Shown: piece by piece, positions 17,187-29,100 of the stretch
How the letters are laid out: each line of letters begins with the position of its first letter
Position numbering within the stretch: the first letter of the stretch is position 1
DNA from: Clostridia bacterium
GTDB lineage: Bacteria > Bacillota > Clostridia > Christensenellales > Pumilibacteraceae
NCBI GenBank assembly: GCA_017623435.1
Contig: JAGAPD010000033.1
Location: forward strand, 26,587 to 90,586
DNA length: 64,000 bases
Direction of reading: 5' to 3'
Translations under genes and position numbers: made by a program
The notes under the pieces: generated by a model
The model's database searches: none
What the model saw: only the letters and a program-made list of their open reading frames with translations
What the model was told of the DNA's origin: nothing

Positions 17187-20100
17187 CTATTGAGCGTTCT
17201 TAACGCTTTTTGCAATGGGAAGTCCGTCAGCATCCGTCGTCCAGAAGTTAGTATCCCACGTAGCAAACTCTGCTTTCCAGTCAGTAGCCGCCTTCATAGT
17301 GTCTCTGTCTGCGTACGAACCGCCAATGAAATCGTTAGCATTCGTAGTAGAAAGTGAACGGAATCCAGCAGCATTACCTACAACGTAAACGCCTTGAATG
17401 CTTTGATATCCATTGTGATACGAACCAACAGCAACACCGTTATTATCAGTCATATTACCAGTAAATACGGTATCAATGAAAGAATCGATAAACTTCGTCG
17501 TACCAAACGAATCAGCAGCACAGAAGAAACCAGTCTTGTCATTATTAGTGTTACCATTTTGCTGTTCAACAATTTTAGCGTAAACGTTTTGAAGCGTACC
17601 AGCACCTTTAGCAGAAATGAAACCACTGTTTCCTTTAAGTCTTGCATCAATGAAAGCAATATTTTTAATAGTACCAGGGGTAGCCATCTTTCCAACGAAA
17701 CCACCAGCTGCGCCTACAATCGTAAGACCTTTAATATAGTGTCCACGACCGTCAATCGTTCCAACGAAACCAGAAACTTGATCGCTCCAAGCAGCCGAAC
17801 CACCGTTAGCCGTTAAAGTGCTGTAATTGATGAACGTCGTCCAGTTCTTGTTATAATCAATATTTGCGCCAAGCAAGAAGTATCCACCCCATTTAGCACC
17901 AGTTTCAGCCGCTTTAGAAAGCGTACCAAGCTGATCCAAATCACTTGCGTTGTAGAATACCTTGGTTGCAACGGTAACGGGAGCATCTACGTAAATAGAT
18001 TTCATAATCTTATCGCCCGATTTTACGTCGTAACGGAAGGAAACAACGTTTTCGCCAAGCGCAAGATCACTTGCAAGAACGGTAACTTTATTGCCGTCAG
18101 CAGTATAAGTTACGGTTGCACCCTTGCTCGTTACAGAAACAAGCGTTCCTTCCACTTCAGGAAGAGTGAAAGAAGCAGACGTTTCTTCCTTGCTCAAGTC
18201 AACGATTACTTCGTCAAGCTTAATAACGTTAGAAGACTTAAATCTTGCTCTGTCACCACTCATATTCCAATAAGTGTTAAATCCAACAAAGCTAATGGAA
18301 TCAATCGTTTCGTTGTATGCTCTCTTTTTTACACCAGCGTTCAACCAGTTTGCTTGATAGTCGGTAATGGTAGGTACTTTAATAGCGTTTCCTTCAGCGT
18401 CTTTTCCATCCACAAACTTATGGAAGCGCTGACCTACGTTGTTATTAGTAAATACGTACGAGTTAGTAACAGCAGGATATGCGCCAGAGCTGTGGTTAAT
18501 GAAGGAGGAAATCTGAACGTTACCCGTGCGAATTGCGTCGTTATCGTAAAGAATAACGTTTTTAATTTTAGCAGTAGCACCACTTTGAGTAGCGATAACG
18601 CCAGACTCTCCGCCCGTTGTCGTTCTACTTGCTACGTTAAAGAGCACGTTATCAAGCGTTCCCCAAAGCGAAAGACCGATTACGGCAGCATAATTTTCAG
18701 AAAGGTTAACATTATCAAACGCTACGTTCTTAATTACGCCGTTTTTCCAAAGATAACCAAACAAGCCACCCGTCTTATACACACCACCGCTGATGGTATA
18801 GCCACGGCCGTCAAACGTTCCGTTAAAACCAGCCTCGGAATATGCAGCAGCATTAGTCGCAGTTTTCGTCTCGTGCCAAACACGCGTCAATTTGTCCTTC
18901 GTATCAATATTGTTAACTTCACTTGTACCAAGATCAATATTGTTACCAAGAACGAAGTATCCATCATATTGATCTTCAGTAGCGGTTTGACCCCACAACG
19001 TCCAAGTATAAGAAGTTTTATTAGGTGCATAAGACTTAATCGCAAGAAGCTCTTCAGCGGTATAAATTACCTTGTCTGCCTTGACAATACATACGTTAAC
19101 GAACGTCGTCGCAACGATTTTTTCGTTTGAAACGTTATCAAAACGAAGTACTACGTTATTGTCACCCATTGCAAGGTTTTCAGCAGACATAGTGTATTCG
19201 TTACCACTTGCGGTGTAAACGGCATTAGCACCGTTGTTGGTTGCGGAAACGAGCGTTCCCTCTACCGCAGGAACGGTAAACGTTGCGCTGGTTTCGGACT
19301 TAGAAAGGTCAACGAGCACGTCGTTAAGCGTTATATTCTTATAAGAACTAAATCTTGCCCTGTAGTCGGTCATATCCCAGTAAGCATTAAAAGCAGATAC
19401 GTTAACGTTTGCCTCAACAAGAGACTCGCAAAGAGGAATAGCCTTTACGGGAACAACAGTAGAATATTTTGATGCCATTGCATTAAAGTTAGTAAATACG
19501 TACACGTTAGTATGCGCACCATAACCTGCCGCACTTGCATTATCGTTAGAGTGATTTACGTACGAACTACCATCAGATACTTGCGTAGTCGAATTATCAT
19601 AAACGATAACGTTTTTCGCAACAAAAGAAGGAGCAATCTGTCTAATTACAGTACCATTTTCACTATTAGGAATATTACTTTGCTTGATATCAACTAAAAC
19701 GTTTTCAATAGTACCATACGCAGAGTTAGCAAAAACACTGGCTCCAATTTGAGATCCAACGGTTGCATCAACGATTGCTACGTTCTTAATAACAGATTGC
19801 TTGTAAAGGAATCCAAATAATCCGCCTTGTCCGTAAGCACCACCAACGATGGTATAGCCACGGCCGTCAAACGTTCCGTTAAAACCAACTTCTTTTTCAT
19901 ACCAGTTTCTCGAGGGGTTATTTCCAGCAGTCTTTATTCCTCTTATAGTACTATCACCAAGGTCAATATTGTTACCAAGTACGAAATATCCCGTCCAGAA
20001 ATCTTCTTTCATTGCGTCGCCCCAAACCGTAAACTCAACGTCTGCAGTAATAATCGTACCGTAAGATTTCATTGCAAGAAGATCTTCTGCAGTGTAAATT

Positions 20101-23100
20101 ACTTTGGTAATAAGGAACATTTCTGCGGTAACGGTGATATTTTCAACTACCGATCCGCCAACCGATTTTTCAGCAATTACGGTAAGCGTCTGGTTACCGT
20201 ACAAGGACTTAATGCCCTCTTTCGTGATTACAAGGTTTCCACCGTTATATTCCCAAGTGGGAACGGCAGTCGATCCGATCTTAACGGAAGTGGGTTCAAG
20301 AGTATCATAGTAGTTACCAAGATCCACCGTGAAGGTTGCGTTGCCGTCGTTAAGGTCAAATTCACCAAGGTTACCAAGTTCACCTACAACCATATTAACA
20401 ACGGTAAGCTCAATAGTACGGGTAGTTCCGTCAATTACCGTTGCGGTAACGGTAACCTTCGTACCAGCTTCTACGTTATTAGATGCAGTTACTACGCCGT
20501 TAGTTACGGTAACCTCAGCGTTATCCGATTCCCAAGCGGTAATAGTACCAGCAATATTGGGCGTAACGGTAACGGACTTACCCTTACCTACGACGTTTTG
20601 CGATACACTAATAGTAACGGAAGGTCCGATAAATTTTGCAATAACGTCCTTGTGCATAGTTGCCCAAGTTGCAGTTGCACCTTCGCCGTTAAGCCAGGTT
20701 ACGTATTCAGCAATAGTTGAGAAAGTTTTAACGTTTTCCGTGTCGTTCAATTGAGGATTATCCTGGAAATTAGAAAGTGCCTTTGCTGTATTTACTACGG
20801 GAATCTTTACCTCGCCACCAAACTGAATACCAATAAGGTTAGAGTAAGTTGCACCAATAAGATTACCAGCAATCATACCAGCAAAATTGGATACAGAGTT
20901 ATTATTGATTACAGCAGCAACACAGTTTCTAATAACGGCACCAGCTCTAGTGTTCGCGCAAATTAAACCGTTACACATATTCGCGTTGTTTGCATTAGCA
21001 AGCGTACCATATACCGCTACGTTTTCAATAGTACCATATAAGCACATTACGATAGCACTTGCGTTAGTAGTAACGTTTGCGTTATAAATGATAGTGTTTT
21101 TAAATACACCACTAGGCATAATAACACGGAAGAAACCATTATTACCGCTAGTCACGTTGTAGTTAGAAATGGTGTAGCCACGTCCGTCGAACGTGCCTTT
21201 CCATCCACCTACCCAGCCACTACCCCAATATCCCATAACGGGTACGAGAGTTTCATTTTGAAGGTCGATGTCAGCACCAAGAACGATATAACCAGTATAA
21301 CCCGTTTCACTATCGCCACCTACGTAATGTGTTGCAGCAATGAAATTAAGGAATTCTGCCTTGGTCGTAATAATTTTAGATGCAAGAGTTACGTTAGTGT
21401 TAAGCGTAATACTTTCAATAATTACGCTACCAACGTAAGTTTCAAAAGTAACAGAAATCTTGCCTTCGCCGATAAGCGACTTAATCTTATCTTTAGTGAT
21501 TACGACTTTACCGCCTTCCACTTTCCATGCGTCAGCAGCGAGCGAAGTGCTGTTAAACTTAACGTCAGCAACTTCTTTTTCTGCATATTCTCCAAGAGCG
21601 ATTTCAACGGTTGCACTGCCACCGTTAAGGTCTACGTCACCAAGAGCGGCAATATCTACGGAAGATACTTTACTTGCAACGAGCTCCATTGAGCGCGTAG
21701 TTCCGTCAACACCCGTTACGACAACCGTGAAGGTCGTACCAGCCACAACGGTGTTTGCTACGCTTATAACGCCTGCGTTAGAAACGCTTACGCCTTCAAC
21801 CGCGGGAGAGATTGCATAACCAACTACCCAAGTGGGCTGTGCGCAAGTTACGTTGAGCGTTCCACCTACGTTAACGACTTTATCGTTAGTGGGTTGAATA
21901 TTGATACCTACGAACTTGGAGATTGCGTTCTTGTGGAACGTGTTCCAAGTAGCAGTTGCGCCGTCGCTAGCGAGCCAAGCCGCATAAGCCTCAAAGCCCT
22001 TAAACGATTTTAAGGTGTCGGAGTCAAAGTTGCCTTGATTAGCAATGGTTTTTTGGCTTTCGCCAACAGCTTTCATGTTGTTTTCACCGAGATTGATAGA
22101 AATACCGTTGGTTACAGTAGTTTTGCTCCAACCTGCAACCGCACCACCGTACTGCGTATCAGCCGCAGCAGTTTGGGTAACTACAGCCAAAACGTTGTTC
22201 ATCGTACCGTTGTTTTTGGATATGATAAGCGAGCCTGGCGCCCAGTTTGCGCCACCAGTAACCGAGCCGTAAACTGCTACGTTTTCAACGGTACCTTCGC
22301 TATCAGTAGAAACTACTCCACCATGACCAGAGTTAGTTACGTTGAAAAGGTTAAGGTTCTTAACTACACCAGTTTTTGCGATACGCGAGAATAATCCGTG
22401 ATTACTACTAGTATCTCCGTTGCAGTTCGCAATAGTAAAGTTAGAAACAGTGTGTCCACGTCCATCAAACGTACCGTAGAATCGATGCGTCCATTGTGCG
22501 TAGTCTTTATTTGCGGTTATGTTTTTATACCAAGTAACCCACTTGCCAACACCTTTTTGAGTAGCACCCTTAAGATCAATATCGGCCCCAAGAACTACGT
22601 AGCCGTGCAATTCATAAATTTTTACACCGTCTACCCAAGCGTATTCATCCTTAATGCTTGCTTTCTCAATATCAGTAATATCTTTTACGACAAATTGATT
22701 AACAAGATCTGCAAATTCTTCTGCGGTCATAATTACCTTAGTAATAATAACGACTTTTACGGTATAGATATGGGTATCGGTCCAAAGGTCGATTTCGTGT
22801 TCGCCATAGCCAAGAGAAAGAAGAACTTCTTTAGCAAGCGTTACGTTACTTCCTTCGATTGCGGTATATGCGGTAATGTTGTTACCATCAGCATCGTAAA
22901 TTCTCTCGATAGTGCCGTCAATGTCCTCGTGCGTAAGAACGTATGTAGCGTTTCCGTTGCCGAGGTTTACGTCGATGGGCGTTTCGGTGAGGTCAACGAG
23001 CTCGTAGTTGAGCGAAGTGGTTACCACTACCGCGTTGGTAAGAGTTGCCGTGAAGGAGTAAATGCCTTCGTTTGCGGTAAGCTCTACGCCGTTTGCGGTT

Positions 23101-26100
23101 ACTTTGTCAATCTTGTAATCAGCGTTAGCCGCTACCGTGAAGGTTACGGTGTCGCCGTAGCGGTAGCCGTCAGCGCCGTAAGTTACTACGGACTGATTTG
23201 CCGTGGTTTCAACGGTTACTTCCACGGGCGCGAACTGTGCGCTTACGGTTACGTTAGCCGTAGTTGCCGTGTAAGTGTACTTGCCGTCAACTACGGACGC
23301 GGTTACGTCTACTCCGTCAACGGTGAGTGTTTTGAGCGCGTAGCCCTCGTTAGCCGTTACGGTGATAACGCCCGTCTCGCCTACCTTTGCGTAGGAGTCA
23401 ACGGTAATTTCACCGCCCTCTGTCTCCTCTACGCTAACGCTAGCGTAGAGTGCAGGGGTACAAATAATTTCGGAAATGTAGATTGCGTTGAATGCTTTAC
23501 CCTGATCAATCATAAGAGCATTGCCACCAACAGCGAACTGATGATAAAGCTGTGCAATATGAGATACAGGCATTACCACGTCAACCCATTGATTTACGGG
23601 AGCAGCAGCGCCACCGTTCCAGAAGGTAACTCTTTGAGCACCACCGCTGTTGACGTATACCAAATCCTGCGTATATAAAGGCATATCTATTGCGCCATCA
23701 ATATACATTCTAACAACGACGTTCTCATATTGCATAAGTTCGCTGAACGTTTTACCGGGTTGTACAAAAATGTTAACCCAAGTATCAGTGCTTACGATCT
23801 TAGCAACGTCTTTACCGTCAAACGTCGTAAGCGTTACGGTACCGCTATTAACAGTAATGCTGGAAAGTTTAGCGTACTTATCGCCAAGCGTCAAGTCGCG
23901 CGTATCGTTAGTAAGTCTAATATCAGTAATGTAAGCGGTAGTCGCTACACCATTTCCGTTATCAAATACTTTAATAAGTTGCAAACCATTAACGAGTGCA
24001 TCATACCATTCCTTTAAGGTCTTATATTCTGCACTGTTAGGATAAGCGTCCATATTGTTAAACCACATCATCGGGATACAAACGTTAGTCCACTCACCTG
24101 CGTTTGCGGTAACAATAGTCTTGTTGTTGGTCATAATTCTACGAGTACCTTCGCCAGTAACGTAATACATAAATTCTACGTAGTCCGCCGTCTTGAAGGT
24201 GTCGTAAGTTGCCATAACTTTCGTAAATACGTTGATTACGCCGTATTCGTCCGCAGTAGAAGTACCAGCGATTTTTGCATATTCGGTGTAACCAGCAGGA
24301 AGTGCGGGAAGTGCACCGTTAGCTGCGTCGATATCTGCTTGATCGATATATTCAGTAGTACCGTTATTAACGTAAATGTTGGAAGCGATTGCAGTTTGTT
24401 CGTTTACGTCAAAGAGTTCGTCCGAATCACAAGCCTTAATTTCGTGAATGAGAACTTTTTGAATCGTGTTAGCACTTATATTCGTGAACCAGAACCAACT
24501 ATATTCACCAGAAACAAGTTGATCGTAACAAGCAATCATATTACTTGCTTTTACCAATACGGTGATCCATTTGTTCGTGGGAACGTGTAAGTTTTCAGTA
24601 TTATTAAAGAAATAGGGATTTACTGTAGTATCTGCACCTACGAATTTAACCGTAACAGCAACCATAGCGCAGTTTTCATAAGCACTCTTTGCTTGACGAG
24701 GTGCAAAGTACAAATTGGGCCAGTTGTTACCGTCAGAACCACCTACTTGGCTGATATCAAACGATACGGAGCCGTGCGTTGCACCAGCAGGAGCGTCGCT
24801 AACGTAAGATTTACCAGTTACGTGGTTCATCGTCACGTCGTCAAGAGACGCGATATCGCTGAAGATATAAATTTCGTCTTTTGCTACGGAAGCGCGTTCA
24901 ATCGTGTAGGACTTCGCGTAATTGTAAGTCTTTCCGTTGTAAACGACTACGTAGTTTACGGTATAAGTACCACCGCCAAGACCGGAAATATTGATCGTTC
25001 CGTCGTCTTCAATGGTAAGTGCTTGACCGTGAGCAACTGCCGTCTTGGTGATAGTAGCCTGATCGGTTACGTCTTCTTCGTCAAGGGTAATCGTTACGTC
25101 GCCTGCGGTAAGAACGCCGTTAGCGTAAGTAAGCTCGCCTACTTCAATGTTTGCGGATGCTTCTACGCTGAATTCCTTGATTGCAACGCCGTAATATCCG
25201 TCAGCGGTAAACTCTACGGTGTAAGTACCAAACACGCCGGTGATAGCGCTGGGATCAGCAACTACGTTACCAGCAGGATCTTTTACCGTCATCGTTACGT
25301 TCGTAAGAGCGTCGGGGTTGTTATAAGATACGGAGAATACTTCGCCTTCGCGGAGCGTTCCTTCCGTCTTAACGGTAAGATTTGCCTTGCTAGCAACCTT
25401 AATTGCGGAGATATCAGCGATATAATACGTACCTTTCTCGGAGCTAACGGAATTAAACCAAAGTCTATATTTGCCAATATCAATATCGTTAAGGTTGTTG
25501 CTCCAACCGATCTTGAATACTTCGATATCAAAGATATAATCAATCCACTGGTCGTACGCTACGGTACCGTCGTATCCGATAGGTTTAGTGTCTTTTTCAG
25601 AGTTATTACCAAGTACCATATACTTGAGTTTTCCACCCGTGCTACTGATATACATTCTGAATACGACGTAATCGTAATCTTCGTATGCACTCATTTCCTG
25701 AACGGATGCAAAACCAAGCCAAGGCCACGTTTCGCTACTATGCTCGAACTTCGCAACGCCACTCTCGCCCTCAAATTCAGAAAGCCAAGTAATGTTGTTT
25801 ACGGTATTCGTGCCCATCATTACCTTTTCAAGGTCACAGGGAGCAACAAAGGAGTTAACTTCGCCTGCCTCTGCCGTAGGACGAGCGATAGAAACGGTTT
25901 TCTCGTACGCGTAATCCTTATCATTATAAGATACGGTGTAAATTACCTTATAGGTTGCGCCGTAATAAGGAGCGGTAAACTTGCCGTCCGTTACGGTGAT
26001 ATCCTGTTCGCCGTACTTAGCAGTTACGGTTACGGTTGCACCCTCAAGTGCGCCACCCGTAGCAGGATCGGTAAGCGTGATTGCGCCCGTCGTTACGGTA

Positions 26101-29100
26101 AGACCACTTACGGTAGCGTCAGCAATAGCTGCGTTGAATACGGGATATACGGTGAACGTTTCGCTAACCGAAACATATCCGTCAGCCGAGAACGTTACGG
26201 TATATTCACCAGCGGTTGCGGTAAACGCGTTGTTAGTAAGTTCAACTGCCTGACCGTTAGCGTTAGTTACGGAAAGCGTAATGCCTTCGATATTGTTAGT
26301 ATTGGTGTAGTTAAGAGTTACTTCGCCTTCACGGAGAACTTCGTCCGTAAGTGCAACGCCCGTCATATCGTCTGCAAGTTTAACGCTTTCAACGTAGATA
26401 GCGTTGAATGCTTTATTTCGAACGATAAACAAAGCGTTAATGTTAAGGTAATATTCGGGATAAAGGGTAATAACTCTTTCGGTAGGAATAAGTACTTCTA
26501 CCCACTTATTAGGCTGATAAGTACCGTAAGAAACGAAGTCGTTACCACTTGCACCCGAAAGCGTGGATTGCGAATAGAATTCAATTGCATTCGATCCGTC
26601 AATATAAAGTTTTACTACTACGTACTTATATTCAGCAAGTTCAGCAGGAGTCTTTACGGGTTTTGCATAGATATTGCACCATACGCCGCCAGTAATTTTT
26701 ACAACGTTCTTGCCGTCGTAAGTAGTCGTTTCTTGAGTTCCATTAGAATAAACGTTCGTGGAATCTACTGCTTTTACGTAGCTATAACCAACGGTTGCGT
26801 CCTGTTCGAACTTGCCGTAACGTACGGACGTCAAATAGTAAGATTCGTCTTCGGTTGCGTTACCCCATCTGATACGGAAGAATTCGCCACCGTTTACCAT
26901 ATCGTTATACCAGTCTTCTGCCTTGGTAAAAGGTTTAGCGGTGGACGCCGTGTGAGCAAACAATCCGATAGGAAGACGAACGGTATTCCAACCTGCATTA
27001 AGCGTTATAAGGTTCTTATTATAAAGGTAAAGCTGTCTGCTGGGTTGCGTTAAATAAATCTGGAATTCAACGTAATCAGCGTTTACGAACTCTTCTACTC
27101 CGCTCATGGGTTTAGCGTAGAACATAAAGAAGCTGTATCCGTCGTTTGCTTTGCCAGTTACTTTAACGTATGCGTTCTCTCCAGCAGGAAGTGCGGGAAG
27201 AGTGTCGTCTGCTAAGATTGCATCAGCGTCAACGTAGGTTACGGTGCCGTTGCCACCCTTCAACGAACGAACTGCTCTTTCGTCCTTAATATCAAAGAAT
27301 TCGTTGCTTTCGATATAATAGGTTCTCGTCGCAACTGCGATTTCAAACGCAGTATCGTTTGCCGTGAAGGTGTATTCGTCTACTTCTTCGCCGTTTACCG
27401 TTACGCTCGTTACTTCGTAGCCTTCGTTAGCGGTTACTTCGAAGTTAACGGTATCGCCCCACTTGTAAGCGTCCTTTTCAAGCGTTACGGTTGCGTTAGT
27501 TGCGGTATAAGTCACGGTTACGTCTTTCTTAACTGCGTATATGGAAATAACGATTTCGTCACTTCTATATTCTATTCTATAATAGCCGTCAACAAACTTA
27601 TCAATTACGCTTTCGCCATTTACCTTAATATCAGCAACTTCATAGCCATCAGGAACAGGAACACCGTTAATAGGCATATCAGTGTATCCAAACCACTTGC
27701 CTACTACTTCGCTTTGCTTATTTGCAAACTCGCCGTCGAGGTACATTTCAATAGTACCAGTTACGTCCTTAAGCTCAGTCGTTACTACGATTTCAAAATC
27801 TTTGCCGTTTGCCGTGAAGGTGTATTCATCTACTTCTTTGCCGTTTACGGTTACGCCCGTTACGTTGTAGCCCTCGTCAGCGGCTACCGTGAAGGAAACG
27901 GTGTCACCCCACTTGTAAATTTCTTTATCAAGATCTACGGTTGCGTTAAGAGCGTCAACGGTTAAGATTACGTCTTTCTTTTCAGTCGTTACTACGATTT
28001 CAAACGCAGTACCGTTTGCCGTGAAGGTATATTCGGTAACTTCTTCTCCGTTTACGGTTACGCCCGTTACGTTGTAGCCTTCGTCAGCGGTTACTTCAAA
28101 GTTAACGGTGTCGCCCCACTTGTAAGCCTCTTTGTCAAGCGTTACGGTTGCGTTAGCAGCGTTAACGGTTACGGTCGCGGTTTTGCTTACGTACTCACCT
28201 ACGATTTCGTAAACGTCAGCCTCAACCACAAAGCTATAATCCATATCTTTGTCAAGTTTGTCTATAATGTTTTCGCCATTGATAGTCAACTTAACAAGAT
28301 CGTATCCTTCCATACTGAATCTGAAGTTTTGCGAAGTAAACCATTCAGCCATATCAGGTACGGTTTGACTTTCAGTTACTCCGTCAAGCGTAACGGACAT
28401 AACGAACGTTGCTTTCTTAAGCTCGGTCGCAACTACTACGCTTGCAGTTTCACCAGCCATCGTGAAGGTGTAAGTGCCTTCGGTTGCGGTTACCACTACT
28501 CCGTCAGCCTTAACCTCGGTTACTTTGTAGCCCGTCGCTGCCGTTACGGTAAAGGAAACGGTGTCGCCGTACTTGTACGCGTCTTTATCAAAATTAACGG
28601 TCGCGTTAGGAGCGGTTACGCTTACGCTTGCGTTCTTCTTTTCAGCAATTACTACGATTTCGTACTTCTCGCCAGCCGTAGTAAAGGTGTATTTGCCGTC
28701 GGTGAATACGAAAGCCTCGCCGTTTACGGTTGCGGTCTTGATTTCGTAGCCTTCTTCTAATTCTACGCTAACGGTTACTTCGTCGCCCCACTTGTAAGCC
28801 TCTTCGTCAAGCGTTACGGTTGCGTTAGTAGCGTTAACGGTTACTATCGTTTCTTTGCGTTCAATTTCAGCGTAAACGGTATGAGTATCTGCGCTTACCT
28901 GGAATACGAAGAATCCGTCTACGATTTTGTCAAACGCGTCTTCGCCGTCAAAAGTAAGTTTTACCCACTTATAGTCTTCGGGAATATCCATAGCCCAAGA
29001 TTTATATTCAAACCATTTAGCAAGCTCTAATTCCTCGCTGGAAAGACCGTCCATAACGGATATCTTCTTGATTACGGCGTCTCTAACGGCGGTAGTTACT

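Noticed and set aside
24693-27053. 786-aa plus-strand ORF; similar long plus-strand ORFs at 7733..9319, 22398..23678, 19827..20720, 15689..16555 and 29514..30260
   Set aside because: All are fully embedded antisense to strongly supported minus-strand genes. They have no RBS and translate to low-complexity R/V/Y/F/C-rich sequence. They are explained by the codon bias of the sense strand, which avoids antisense stop codons.
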